Of a DNA stretch of 64,000 nucleotides, positions 49,901-64,000 are shown piece by piece. The first letter of the stretch is position 1. Each line of letters begins with the position of its first letter. Position numbers and translations under genes: made by a program. The stretch spans positions 744,001 through 808,000 of the forward strand of contig NW_026250417.1 of assembly GCF_024521635.1 (NCBI RefSeq), given 5' to 3'. This DNA comes from Tricharina praecox (Eukaryota). The notes under the pieces were generated by a model. The model worked only from the letters and a program-made list of their open reading frames with translations. It ran no database searches and had not been told where the DNA came from.

Positions 49901-52534
49901 AGCGGCACCCTGCCCTGTGTCCATGTCGAGTTCGGAGTCGAGCGGGCAGTCCGCAATCTGCCAGTCGGTATCGACCCGGTAGGAGGCATCTGGTCCTACC
50001 ATTCCACCCGAGCACGGCAGGAGCTTCTGGCCAATCAGGAAAAACAATACTCGGGCGTGGATTACCGGGTGGTGGTTATTGACGACCGTACCTCAACGCC
50101 GCTCAGTAATTTCACATCGATAGTTGACCTTCTACAATGGCGGGTGTCCCGTCAAGCCGAGGAACTGTCTTACTGCACTATTGACGGGCGAGGCCGGGAA
50201 GGAAAAGGCATCACATGGAAGAAGCTAGATCTCAAGATCGCAGCAGTCGCAACCCAGCTGAAAAATAAATGTAGCCTGAGGGCAGGTGATCACGCGATCC
50301 TCATCTACACGCATTCGGAAGACTTCCTCTTTGCTCTTCACGCTTGCTTCTGTTTGGGCGTTATTGCGATTCCCCTTGCGCCATTGGACTCGAACCGACT
50401 CGCTGAAGATATTCCTGCATTCCTACACATGGTCGCGGACTTCAACGTCAAGTGTGTCCTGGTCAATACCGAGGTCGAAACACTCCTGAAGGGAAAGCCT
50501 TTGGCCATACATCTCAAGCAATCCGCGGGCGTGCTCAACGTCAAGGTTCCAATCGTCCATAACACGGCGAAAATACCAAAGAGCTCACAGGGCTGTCGCG
50601 ACTTGGGGTACACAGTTAACCCGGCATGGATCCAACCGGGGAGCGTGGCGATGGTTTGGACGTACTGGACTCCAGACCAGCGGAGGATTAGTGTTGCCTT
50701 GGGACACGAGACCATCATGGGTATCTGCAAGGTCATGAAGGAGACTTGCCAGATGACCAGTATGAGGCCGGTTATTGCGTGTGTACGGAGTACATCTGGA
50801 ATGGGATTCGTTATGAGTTGGTTGATGGGTATCTTCATTGGTGAGTTGGTACCTCGTCATTTACGGCGCTATGTGTCCATGTTCTGATCTTGTTTTGCCT
50901 GGCAGGTGCACCGACCTACTTGATTTCTCCCATCGACTTTGCCCAGAATCCAATGAGTGTATTCCTGACACTCTCGCGGTACAAGATCAAGGATACCTAT
51001 GCTACGCGACAGATGTTGGAACACGCAATCAGCACTATGCCGGCAAAGGGATTCACTCTACATGAGTTGAGGAATCTGATGATTACATGCGAGGGACGTC
51101 CACGGCCGGATGTATTTCAAAAAGTCCGGATGCACTTCGCGGCAGCAGGTCTTGACAGAACGGCCATTAATACGGTCTACTCTCACGTCCTCAACCCGAT
51201 GATTGCCACCCGGAGTTACATGAACATCGAACCAATTGAGCTGTGGCTTGATCCCAAAGCCCTGCGCCGTGGTCTCGTAATCCCCGTGGAACCTGATAGC
51301 ATGCCAGGTACCCTTCTCGTCCAGGATTCCGGCATGGTCCCCGTCCAGACGCAAGTAGCCATCGTCAACCCCGAAACCCGCCGGCTCTGTCACACGGGCG
51401 AGTATGGCGAGATCTGGGTCGTGTCTGAGGCTTGTGTTCAGAGCTTCTACAACTCTAAGGATTCGATCGATATTGAGCGTTTCCAGGGGAAGATCGCTGA
51501 TGGCGATATGACCCTTTACGTCCGCACTGGAGACCTTGGATTCCTACACACCGTTTCTAGGCCAATCGGACCGGGACAGACCTTGGTTGAGATGCAGATT
51601 CTGTTCGTCCTCGGTGGCATCGGTGATACGATCGAAGTCAACGGCTTGCAGCATTTCCCTATCGATATCGAGAGCAGTATTGAGCGGTGCCATCGGAATA
51701 TCGTTCCCAGTGGGAGGTTTGTCGCCCTCTTGCCCCTCGTATCTTCACCCTAGCTAATCCGTCCTCTCCAGCGCCTGCTTTCAAGCCGGGGGACTCGTCG
51801 TCATCCTAGTAGAGGTCCACGTCAAGTCCTACCTCGCGTCGATGGTGCCTGTGATTGTCAACACCATCCTAGACCAACACCAACTTGTCGTCGACATCGT
51901 CGCCTTTGTCAGCAAGGGCGACTTCCCACGTTCTCGTCTCGGGGAGAAGCAGCGCGGAAAGATTCTCGCATCGTGGGTAACCCGAAAGATGCGAACAATC
52001 GCACAGTTTGGAATTAGAGACACCCACGGCAGCGGCGGCGGCATGGGCGGCTTCGGCCTCGGTGGTGCAGGCAGTAGACCCGCCAGCTTCCTCCACAGTC
52101 CGCACCCTCACCCTTCGTCAATGATTAGCGAGCCGATCATGGAAACACCCACTGTCGAGAGCAGCAGTGGCAGCACACCCACGCAATCCCTCGACTCCCA
52201 GCCGCCATCGTTGGACGCCGTCGAGCTCCCGGCAGGCACGACATGGCAGAGGATAGAGCTTCCGGCTATGAACTTTGAGGATGATCCTGATCTCATCACG
52301 CCCACACCACGCACTTATGCAGAACCACAGGAGTATTCCGAGGCCACGCCGGTTCTCCCGCCAAAGAACCCGAGGAGAATGAGTACCGCGCAGAAGAGCA
52401 CTGTTAGTAGCGGTAGCAATGCCGAGTATCCTACCGAGGCCCTGCTACAGATGAAGCTGGACGAGGAGAGCAGGGAGGGACAGGGGGACAGGTTGCCGGG
52501 TGCGCATGGAGCGGGATGGGGGATGGCGATGTAG
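46901..52534 (+). CDS. CPS1: CPS1/DIP2 (yeast Cmr2-like) protein: DMAP1-binding domain plus two acyl-AMP-ligase-like domains, 3 exons
   Basis: LDAELDEGDITQKGYEKRR (DMAP-binding), DLAYIEF, FLRTGLLG, YWTPDQRR, VRTGDLGFL, FPRSRLGEKQRGKILASW; introns near 50842-50905 and 51717-51771. Confidence 0.93.
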
Positions 52535-54759
52535 GAAGATTGGGATACCTAGATTTTCGTTTCTTTTCAGTTTTTTGTTTTGTTTTTGCGTGGGGCGGCG
52601 GATGATTGTTTGCAGGCGTAGGTATTCGTTACTTTTGTTGATTCCTTTTTTCTTTGAGTGGCAGTGGGTCTGGCATGTCCGAGTACCTTGAGTACCTTTC
52701 GATGATACATACATATGTTGGCGAAGCGGAGCGTGTTTGTTGGGGGGCATCATATGGTATCCGGAGAAGTTATTGCTTGCTGCAAGCAGTGGACAATAGG
52801 GGCGACGTGATTTCAAACATGTGATATCACTCCGCATTTGTCGCTCTGCCACTGTACTTTCGATCGTACATGGGTTGATTAAACAAAAAACAAATCATAG
52901 ATTCGATGCACTATGTATCAGTCTATCACAGCACTCCCCCCTTCCCCTCCCCGCGTGCCCCCAACTTATCTGAAGCTGCAAGCCTGCAGGCCTGCAACAC
53001 CCATACATAACACGGTTAACTATACCGAGGATCAAAGCTGCAACTTGAGTCTTGTGCGCGCGTGCACACTTAAAGTGCACTCTACTATATGTATGATGTG
53101 CCTTTATTTAAGTTAAAGATGTGCCTTGATGTGCCTTGATGTGCCTACCTACTCTAAAGTAGGTATCCCGACTCCGGAACGTCCCGACGGATCCCGATTC
53201 CCGACGGCCGAGATTATCCGTTCACCTGACAGGCTCACATCTCACACCTCACACCTCATATGTAGAGGTGACGGTAGGATAATCATGACGGGGGGCGGGG
53301 TGGTGGGAGGGGGGGAAAGGGCAACGGTCAATCGGTTGGGATTGCGGTGGATAGATGGGGTGGGTGAGGGTGGGGGGATGAGAGGTGTGCATGGAGTACA
53401 CATGCCCTCCTCCTTCAGCCAGGTACATACATACAAAACCCAATCCAGCGCTCGTGATACCGTACCTCTGTACTTTATTCACATCTCACGAGCCACCAGT
53501 ACTCGAAACGGGGGTGCATACGAGTACATACTGTACCAGCTTGGTGGCTACATAGGTAGGTATTCCGCGCCGCCACCGATGACCGTTCTAGGCTCTACAT
53601 AGCTCTACATAGGCACGAGTGTGCTGAGTGCTGAGTTCCGAGTGCTGAGCTACATGCCGTGCTCCGATATACATTGATGATTGGGCATGTATATCTGTAT
53701 ATCTGTATATATCTGTGTGTATATATAGGTGTATATCGTGACTTAGGTACATATGATGGCCATCAGACACAGACACCTATCGGCGCTGGCAGTCCGTACA
53801 TACTTACCGTACATACGAGTGCTCACTGCTTACTGCTTACCCGTGTACGGTATGTATTGTGTCGTGACTTATATACGGCTGCAACATGAGACACCGCGCG
53901 GCCTATCACGGCCCGCGCGGTGTGCGGTGTGCTCGCACGCTTTCCTGCTGACGACGACGCCGTCACGCCGTCACGCCGGACGTGCTATACATACACCATA
54001 CCGTATATACGCTATATGTACAATGCGGTGTCTCTTCTCTTCCCCCATTCCCCCCGCACGCACGCCCAGACGAAGCCACGGTAAATGATGAATCCACACG
54101 ACATGCTGCTGCTACTGATGCCGCCGGAATTCCAATTCCCGAATGGCTGGCCGCCACATCTCGTTCCGGACCGGAGTAGTGGTTTTGGTGATGCCCCCCA
54201 TGCCAGGTCCCCCTCCCCACGCCGGAGGGTGGATTGCTTCCGGTAATAGATTGACGAACTCGTGGAGAGGACGTTGAATGCTGTGCTGTGCTGTGTTGTG
54301 CTGTGCTGTTACCTGTATACGCAATTAAGTACTTACCTATGTACGAGCGCTCTATCCGTAAATGCCCATTGCCCATTGCCATTGCGACTGTGAACTGTGA
54401 ACTGTGGTTTCCGGGTCCGCATGTATGGACGGGTGTATCGTGATGTGCCGTGATGTGCTGTGCCTTGATGTGCTGTGCCATGATGTGCTGTGAAATAGAC
54501 GGTCCCCCCCCACGGGCCCGCCGAGAAGCTGGTTCGATTCCGATTTGCCGTTTTGCGGTGTACATAGGTGATGGATTGAGACCTGGGGTATTCGAGTACA
54601 TGCCGGTACATGCCGGTACATGCTGGTACATGCTGGTACATACACGGAGGGCGTGACAGGCCATGATCGAGAAACTAGCTCCAGCTCCAGGGGGGAGAAC
54701 GACAGAATGGATAAGGTAGAACAAGTGGTGTAGTTTACAACCCTCATCCATCAGTGTTC

Positions 54760-54953
54760 GTGTCCGTGTCCGTGTCCGTGTCCGTGTCCGTGTCCGTGTC
54801 CGTGTCCGTGTCCTTGGTGTTGAGTTTGCACGCAAACTCTCAACCGTCACCCGTCACTTGTGTGCCTGTGTCCGGACTCCGAAAGTCAACCACGGTATCC
54901 TATTGGATAGTCCAGTCCAGTCCAGTCCAGTCCAGTCCAGTCCAGTCCAGTCC
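54760..54953. repeat. (GTGTCC)9 at 54760-54813 and (AGTCC)9 at 54909-54953
   Basis: Directly visible perfect microsatellites. Confidence 0.95.
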
Positions 54954-57900
54954 GGCAGCGGCAGCGCGGAAACCACCACCACGACCACCTGATCGGCGAT
55001 CGCCCCGCAGGCCCGCGGCCGGTCGGTCGGAAAACGTTCCGCACGTGATTTGCTGGCCGTTTTCGTGTGTCTGGTACTCTATCTGCTCTACGGTACCGTA
55101 TCTGGGGCTATCTGTGTGTGGGTGGGGGGGCGGGGAGAGGCGGACGGGACACGCGGTGGGGGCCAGCAGGTAGTTGGGGTCGATGGGCCCGCCACGGGGG
55201 ATGCATGCCGTCGCGAGCTGGCCATCACGCCAACAGTAGCAGCAGCAGCAGCAGAGCGCTGTCAGACAGACAGATAGCCAGACCAGATCGCGGCGTAGCG
55301 TCGTTTAGTAGAGCAGATTCGACTGGAGTCCGGGAGAGTAAGAGGTAACTGCCGTACACGTATGTATGGAGAGCCAGCGCTCCTCGCACTCCATCACCCT
55401 GCCCCCGCGATGTCACTCTATTCCGCTGCCAGCATCGATCGAGCAAGTATGTAGAGTACCGTATCTACCGTACCTATCACATCCAACCGCCTTTTTTGTG
55501 CTGTCCGTCCAACCATCCGTCCAACCGTCCGCCTGTCTGTCTGTAGTCCGTCCGTCTGTCGTGTCCGTCGGGTGTTGGAGCCGAATCTGTGCTGCATAAG
55601 GGGATCGGCCATTAGGAATTGTTCCCTCCCCATGCCACCCCACCCCTCACGAGTGCACGCCCATCATGGTTCCATCCGGATCCCTCCCATCCATCCATCC
55701 ATCCTGGGACGGTGGGACGGACCACGGTGGGGCCCCAATGTTTTTTTTAGCGACCCGCAACGCACCGCAACGCAACGCACCAGCCGGGACGGGGCTAAAA
55801 AAACTAGTCCCGATCGGAAATGGCGACGATTATGTACGGCAACAACAACGACAACAACTCGTCTCGTCTTCTCCCACAACTTCACGAACCCCTCTCAGCT
55901 GTTGGCGTGTTTTTTTCTTCTTCATTTTGTATTCTTATCTTTATATTCCTCCCCCGGGATCTGAACTGGTCCCGCGGAGGTCGATGGCCTGAAGCGTCAA
56001 CACACACACAAAAAAAAAAGGAGAAGAAACGTACGTATATACGGAGGATAGGAAGTATGTAGGCAACGGAAGGCACCGTGGAGGGGGAGTATGTACCGGT
56101 ACCAGTATGTACTCTACAGGGCTGCCGAGCCGCAGAAGGTGCCGCATGGGAATGTTTCACGGAGGTCCGGTGTTTCTATCATCTGGCACTCTAGAATACC
56201 TATTCTGCGCTATGTGGTGATGGAAGCACCACTATCTACCCAGGTTTATACTCCAGTACTAGCGGTGGGGATTGCGGATTGCAGATTGCGGACTGTGAAC
56301 TGCGGGCTCCCCTTCCAGCCCGCTCGTCTCTGCTCTGCCCCCTCAACAATACCGTATGTAGTGCTCATACCACCGTCCACTGTATATCACTCGCCAGAGT
56401 AAGTACCTTGATGGTCCTGGACGAGCAGTAAAAGGATTGGGGCTGTCCCCCGTGAACTCCCAATGTGTATGTACGTAGGCGTATCAACCCGGGCGCGAAG
56501 CACTGGAAGCCTATGTACCGTATTCTACACGGCACCGCAGTCCGCGGTAATTATCCCATGCGGAACCGCAACCCTGTGAGGTGAGAGCCGAAGAATCCGT
56601 CTTTCCCGCGGAGCTTACTGCGGGAGTTGCCGTAGAGTACATACACCACAGTAGTCCGCGAGCACGGTGATCACTGGTGACATCTTTTTTGGGGGACGAG
56701 CTATTATTTAGGTACCTGTTCCGGCCGGTCGAGGGAAGTGCCGTATGTACCTACCCACATACCCAGGTTCGAGCCGGTAAATCGCGCTCCTGACTCCAGG
56801 CTCCACAGCTCCACAGCTCCAGCACCGGCCGGCCGAGCGGGGCTGAGTCGCTGACAAGGGAGGGAGCCGAAACCCGGTCACCACGGTTCGCATTCTCGGG
56901 CCTTACAGGTTACCAGTAACCACGCCAGCGGATAGACCTGTGCGATGCGGCGTTGTTGAACGCCGATCGTCAAGCCAGGGTCTCTTCGCCGTCGGCACGT
57001 AGGGTATGCCCATGCCAGCATCCACATCCACATCCACAGCCGTTTCCTGTAATTGCAGAATTCGCCGGCGGCGGCGGCGGCGGCGGGGCTGTTGCGGATA
57101 CCTCGTCGCTGAGCATACCGTAGCTAGCCCCCCTCCCCTCTCCCCCCCCCAACGGCCCAACAGGCAGATCCGTGGAGCTGAAATTTTCCACGTTCAACCG
57201 TTTTTCCTAGTCCCACCCAAACGCCCCCCTCCCTCCTCCCAGATCCCCCATCCGAGTCATTCGCACGGGCACCACCCCGCTGTCCGAGTCATTTGCTCGT
57301 TCACTCGCTCGTCTCACGCGCGTGCGTGGCACGGTACCGGCACTAGCGCTCTACACGCGCATCCAGCTTCTCCTCGGGATGGGGCGTCGCCCGCGAAACT
57401 GGCTCTGGGGCTGGGACTGGCACTGGGCGAGGTGGGTGAGACAGCGCTCGCTCGCCGCTGTGATGCAGTGATATTTTCCTGGCGTAGGCACATACGGTAG
57501 GTTGGTAGAGTGGCATACTTGGGAGCCTCGGCGCCGTCGCCGGCGCCGGCTTCTCAGTCACCACCGCCCACCGCCCGCCAGCCCGTGAAAAAAAAAGAAG
57601 AAAGAAAGCACAGAAGCAGCGACCATATCTGTCTATCTGCCTACCTACTCTGAGTACCTATTAACCAGGTAAGAGCCTAGCGGCCCCACGGACGATAGGC
57701 CCGCGTTTCGCATCGGGGACTTCCCGGAGACTTCGTGGTGGTGGTGGTGGTGGACCGGTGGTCCGTGTGCGACTTTTTGGTCTCGCAGCTTGTTCCCGTG
57801 CTCGGGTTTTTTTTTGGGGGGGGGGGGGGTTTTTGGTGGGTTGGTGGGTTGGTGGGTTGGTGGGTTGGTGGGTTGGTGGGTTTTGAGGCTTAGAGTTGTC

Positions 57901-60900
57901 ACTGGTGCTGGTGCTGGTGCTGCTGTTGGCGCTGGGTCGGAATCGTCGCCGGCGAGCCGAAGACCGCTAGTGAGGGGCCGCTTGGCATTGATATTTGCCG
58001 ACTAGACGAGACGAGACGAGGAGACCTGGAGACGGAGGGCGCGGGTTCCGGCTTTTCTTTGCTTTTCTTTCTTTCTGGGCCTGGACCTGGGGTTTCACGG
58101 CGCCGACGCCGACAACGGTGTTCACTTCTCGACGCAGGACCTTGTCTGGACTCTGCGGGCGTTGATGCCTGTCGGGCCGCAGTCCTTACGAATTCGATGT
58201 CGGTGTCCGGGCTCTCTCCGCGGTGTACATACAGTACTTGGGTAGGCGGTTGAATCTAGGTTCTCCGGGTTCTCCAGGTTCTCCAGGCTTCAGGCAAAAC
58301 CCCGAGCCAGAACTTCAACCTGTACATACCGTACATACATCACATCGGTAAGCAATTACAAAGGGCACCCGGGAGCTACATACATTCACCCACATACCCA
58401 CATACCCACATCATACATACACACAACAAGGCCCAGAAAAACCCAAGATCTGCAACGACGTCAGGCAACATGCAGGACTTTTTAGCTTAACTAGCTTCCC
58501 ATAACCTTAAATGCGGACGGACGGGCCTGGGGTTCTCCCCGCGCCTCGTCTCGCCTCGCTCTTGGAAGCGATCATGATGGATGGGAGTCGGCGGATTTTG
58601 GGGGCTGAGTGGAATGGTTGGGAATTGGGACTGGTCAGTTGGGCTCCGTGGAAATACCATTTGCTACATGTTTATACTGTGTATACCGTGTACCGAATAA
58701 GTACCTGCCACACAGGACAGAGTACCGATTCCCGCGGCCCGGCCTCGACCATACTTTTATCCGGAAGGCAAACCCCAAAAAGTCTAGATCTGCTGTCTCC
58801 AGAATCTTACCGAAACCCCAGGTCTAGGCTTCAGGTTCATGGTGCAGGCTACATACGTTGGGGGAAATTCTGTACTCTATGTAACCAGGGAATACACACA
58901 TGGGGAAAACGGTTGAATGCTCATCTGCCATGAACCCTCCCCCTTCGATATCGGGGTTTCGGGGAGACCGAGGGACATTAGACAAGCCGGGGGAGGATAA
59001 AGAAGACACTCCTATGTACATACCGTGGTCCGTATGTACATACGGCACATATCTCCGGCCTACATTATGTAGGAGTGAGCGGGCCTGAGGGGGTGGGAGC
59101 CAAGCCCGCCGGGCCCGAATACGAAAATCGATGTCGACAACAGGCTTTTCTACCTATTCTTTTCATTTCTTTTCCGTCAACGTCGAGATGGTGACGATGC
59201 ACTCTACTCTAGCTGACTGCCTTTTGTCCATCCACATTAACCGTATGTACATACAACAGGTAGGTATGTTTCCCGGGTTGCAGTTTGTTCCTGCCTGAGG
59301 ACTCGGATGATATTGGGTGTTATGCACATGTCTTACGTACCTGTAGAGTACCAGGTCGGCGACCGGCCAGGCTCAGGTAGAGTAGAGTACCTACAGTACT
59401 CTATTCCATTCCGATCAGGACCTGCTATGTACCTGGACCTGCTACCTGGACCTGCTACCTGGACCTGCCAGCTGGACCTGCTACCTGCTACCCGGAGTCT
59501 GGGGGCTGTCGGGTAAGGCTTATTCACGAGTCACGACGGCTGCGTACGTACATAGCCGACCGTTTTTTCTCCGAGCTGAGCTGAGCTGAGACGAGCCGAA
59601 TGCGACGGTAGGTATGGGTCCTGGGGGTGCACAGTGCTCACAGGCACTTCTATCCGACCTCCGACCTCCAGCCGAAGCGGTGGACCGGTGGTTCCTCAAG
59701 GAGATCTCCCCTCCCCCCAATCCACCAGTGTGCATGAATGCATGCGGACCGCCGGCGTGTGCACCGGAACCAACTGGACAGTGGACATTCGCATGATTTC
59801 GCCGCTCTCCTAGTGTACTGTGTACAACACAGAGCGCCCTTGGCACGGCCACCCACACGCACACCCACCCACCCAGGTCCCACACCCACACATCTCTCGC
59901 GCTGGCTGGCTCGCTCGCTCGTCCGCGATCGCGGTGCGGTCGGTAAGACGGAGCGGGTAGGTACGATATGTACGAGATTTGGCCTTGTCCCTCCTTGTGT
60001 TTCCCTCCCTCCCTTCGGAACATACGGCAGAGACGGCTACCGACCGAGCGACTGCCAGGGGGGTGGACCACACAGCACAGTGCACAGCATTAGGTTTGAA
60101 CGGGCGGTAGGATCCGAGAGAGAGAAAACGGAAACAAGGCTTCAGATAGAGTGGGCTGCAAGCCAAATTGAGCCGATTCGATGTCGTGCTGGTGCTGCGG
60201 AATGAGCGCCGCCCCGCGTGCGTGGGTGTGTGATTCTCTATACTCTATGATGTACTCTACTTATATCGTGGTGCATAGAGTACTACATACTACTTGATGG
60301 GATTTTGCCAGAATTCCCATGTTTCCTTTTTCCTTTTCTGTTTCCTTCGTGGACGGTGGGAGATGGGGGAGGGGGTTGGATATCAGGTGTGTATACTATG
60401 ATGGTACCAAAGCCGAGAGAGGCCCAGGGCGAAGCTGGCCACGGCTATGGCGTGGGGGGAGGAGCACCTGCCTGGCCTCCTCGTCCTCCTCGTCCTCGTC
60501 CTCGTCCTCCTCCTCCGCACACGTGCCTCCTCTCCCCCTCGTGCTAACGAACGAACGAGCGGCGGACTTTATCTGGAGCAGGTCATGTAAAGTTATGCAC
60601 CTCTGTGGGTATGTATAAGGTATGCATGGTACATAACGTACTTTGCCCCCAGGAAGAATGTTGGCCGCCCAGCCGTCCAACCGTCCAACCGTCCAGCCAG
60701 CCATCCGGTCAGCGAGCCAGCCAGCCGACCAGCCCTCCGTCCATGCCATGCCGCAACGATTCCGAAGTCTCCGGGAGATCATGCACGTTGGCGATAACTA
60801 ATAAGGAACCACTCTACTCTATATCATAACAGGGGGGATCGATCCACCAGCAGAGAGACGCGAGCGAGTTTGTACCTGTGTGTAGAGTACTATAACTACG

Positions 60901-61444
60901 GTATGTACTCTACATAGCGTTTCTTTCCCAGTTACCTAACACGAGGAGGAGGAGGAGGCGGCAGGCCGAGCGAGCGAGCGAGCGAGCAAGACCAGAAAAA
61001 AACAGAAGAAAAAGAAAGGAAAAAAGGGATCGCTGGTTCAGGCCACGAGTCCTGCCTGACTCCTGCCTCCTCCTCCTTGTCCTCCTCCGTCGGCGCCGTT
61101 GTCCGTCGTCACCGAATACAGCACAGCACACGGCAATAGGTACCGTGGTATGAATCCCTCCCTGCGATAGGAACAAACCCCGCAGCCGCTGGCCGACGCC
61201 ACAAATGTACCTACATTCATGTACTCTACCTACCAGAGGTATAATACCGTTATTTATAGCCTTACAGGACCCCAACGTTGGTTTTTTCCCTCTTTCCCTT
61301 TCCTCTCTTTTCTTTCAATGACGGTTGTTGTTGTTACCTGTTGCTGTTGTTATTATTACCGTATTGTCGTAGCGGCACCATCCGCACTCGCTTCCGGCCA
61401 GGACTCGACAGTCGACTCCTCGCCGGCGGAGCATCCGAGATTTA

Positions 61445-62021
61445 TGGTTGGGGACACCTAAAGTAGGAGTGAAAAAATGCCCAACTCCACCCCCCGGTTT
61501 AACTCAACCACAACACCCAGTAAAATTAAAAGAGCTCTATAGCATGATAGAGAAAGGGTTAAGTAGGTCGCTATAGAAACTAAATAAAAATAAAGGTGTG
61601 GTAAATTAATTTAAGCGGGTTGAAAAAAACTGATTTGTGTGGGGAGGATTTTGGAATGTCGCAAATAATAGCATGCACTAAGACTCTAGCGCACTCTTAA
61701 TTTCCTAAAGCGATAGTACGAGTGACAGATGATGAGCCTTAAGCTCGAGCCTTGGCGCCGATTGATCATTGCTCACCCCGACTGAGCTCGCGCATGAGTG
61801 CTATTCGACTTGGACCTCCTCAGAGCACACGCAAATAGGTCAAAAATGGGGCCATATGGTCCAAAAATCTTTACAATTACGAAAATTACTTGCTCTGTAT
61901 TCGAAAAATTGCCTGCGGCGCATTTCTTGACCCTCATTTTGGCGTAGACACACTTAGTCACTCGTGATTTGTCAGCCAAATGAATGTCGCAATTCACTCC
62001 GGTTTTAGGCGTCCCCAACCA
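61445..62021. mobile_element. Non-autonomous DNA transposon (MITE, Tc1/mariner-like), ~577 bp
   Basis: Left end TGGTTGGGGACACCTAAAGTAGGAGTGAA versus reverse complement of right end TGGTTGGGGACGCCTAAAACCGGAGTGAA (25/29 identical). TA flanks both sides (61443-61444, 62022-62023). Interior is AT-richer than the flanks, with no transposase ORF. Confidence 0.8.
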
Positions 62022-64000
62022 TATGTACGGTAGAGTACTCTACCTATATGTAGGGCAGTCGCTGATCATGATATCACATCACTTCTCACCCACCGGGCCA
62101 CCCACCAGCCCACCCACTAGCCCACCGTAGACGGCGGTTGAGGTTGAGGTCCAACTTCCGAAACTTCTTTACGCACGCACACACCTCCCGACCGGTAGGC
62201 CTCCGGCTATATCCGTGGCGTGAAACGCAGAACGGAGTACGGAGAACGCAGATGCATAACCCATAACCCCCGTTCCCCATTAAAAAAACAGTGGAATAAT
62301 AACTAACTAAGAGGTATGAATGTGCAATTCGTGCGGTTTTGCACCTGGTGGAGCTCGTATCGCGGAGGTTGAGGGTGTTTACTTACCCCGAGATTCTGGA
62401 GGTGGGCGTGGGCGTGTGCGTGCGGCGTGCGGTAGGTGTGCGGCGTGTACGACACCAGGCATCGGGCATCGGGCAGCGGGCAGCAGGCAGCGGGTAGCAG
62501 GCTCGGTTGTCGGTTACCTACCGTACTCTACTCTACCGTACTTGACGACTCACTTACTTGCCTGGTGCCTGGTCTCGCCTGTTCTCCCGGTCTCCCATGG
62601 ACGAGGGAGGGGGGAGGGAGACGAACTTAGAGTTAAGGGTTGGGGGTAGTCGGCAGGAGGTCATCATGAATAGAGTATCTTTGTCAGACTGGGCGGGGGC
62701 CGCGGGGCCCCAGAGGACCTGACAATATCGTAATCTCAACTTACTCATGTCCTTGAATACGTACATAACTTTATCCTCCTCCCGTCGATAGGGCTGGCCG
62801 GCAGGCAGGCAGGCAGGCTGGCTAGATGTCCGGATGACTGGCTACTTGGCTGGCTGGCTCACTGGCTACCTGGCTGGCTCTCTGGATAGCTCTCTGGCTG
62901 TATGGCTGGCTGGCTGGCTCGCTCGCCCGGCCGGGCATGCACCCATATGCATAGGTAAAATATATTGTCATTTATCTGGCTGGTGGTACCGGTAAATCAA
63001 CCGTAAATTGTGCTATGTATGCATATGCGGTATGTGGTGGGCACTGGGAGCCTGGAAGCCTGAGGGTTAAACTGATGCTGCCCCGAAATATTTCCATCTC
63101 ACTGCATGGGCCACGGCTACTTTCTCTGGTACCTATCATACTATGGGTGAGCACTGAGCAGGAAGGTACCTACCTAACCTACCAACCGGCATGTAGAGTA
63201 CGGTAGCAGCCGTTCCTAACCACAGGTATCTCTCTCCTCATTCCGCATTCCGCATTCCGTATTCCGAGCCCGTCATTTGATTGGCACGAAGCGATCAAGA
63301 ACCAAGATTGGGTGGGGGCACTATACATGTGGTCGTGGATAGATCCGAGAACACAGAACACACAACACCATTTCAATTGCAGGGGGCCCCGCAAATCTAC
63401 AGTCATACAGTCAGTCAAAGGCAGATGGGTTGGTCAGTCACACAGACAGCATCTAATCTATTCTGCCCGCGAGTGCTCCGGAGTCTATGTATGCTTACCT
63501 GGCTGGACGGCTGGCTAGCTGGCTGGTCGACTGGCTGGCTGACTGGATGGCTGGCTGGCCGGTTGGCCGGTTGGCTGGCTGGCTCGCCGTGGGCCATTTG
63601 GCATGCCACGATGGCGGAGGGAGTAGGCCGATGGGCTTCAAATTTCAAGGTATGTGTGTGCCCCGCGTGATCTCGCCATGACAGCGGCGGGGGGCATCAC
63701 ATATAGGCATCCGGCGCTGTCAGTGGCCTACACGACCTCAGTCACATGGAGGCGGAAGTGTACTGGGTATCGTTAGTCGGTTCAACGTTGGGGGGATTTT
63801 GAGTTGACTTGACTCGTGCTCATCCAGGGCCAGTCCCTGCGCCTCGACACGGAACCTACCTGTGTCTACGTCTACCTTACATCTATTTCTATGTCTATTT
63901 CTATGTCTAAGTACTCTAAAGCATAACTATACGTTGGAGTGGACGTGGGCCGTGGCAACAATGGACCGACCGACCCCATTCCCTTCTTTCCACGCGCCGA

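Noticed and set aside
53963..54850. 295-aa minus-strand ORF and other ORFs in 53-64 kb
   Set aside because: Low-complexity translations of microsatellites with no domain signature.

Overview
Eukaryotic genomic DNA from a filamentous ascomycete (short GT-AG introns with CTAAC/CTGAC branch points; a Pezizomycetes-like origin is only my impression). Bases 1-52.5 kb are gene-dense. They hold intron-containing housekeeping genes (UCH37-type deubiquitinase, SSH4-like SPRY protein, HERP/Usa1-like UBL membrane protein, Cas1p-type O-acetyltransferase, PHS1, ARL2, NmrA-like reductase, ALO1, DUF4045/gelsolin protein, Na/K-ATPase-like P-type pump, DRS1, CPS1/DIP2), a tRNA-Val(CAC), a disrupted alpha/beta-hydrolase and a hypothetical gene with a HeLo/SesA-like N-terminus. 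The last ~11.5 kb has no recognisable gene, many microsatellites and a TA-flanked MITE. The most novel signal is a small orphan ORF (19379-19882, minus) built as hydrophobic/Cys leader, then 9 Trp-x-Pro hexapeptide repeats, a KR site and 6 acidic GPDEQS repeats. It shares a Y[QH]PAITTWxS[ED] motif, conserved at the protein level with synonymous codon changes, with a second orphan ORF 8 kb away (27903-28238). Together they are a candidate undescribed peptide-precursor family. All calls come from reading the sequence; no database searches were run and exon boundaries are manual.
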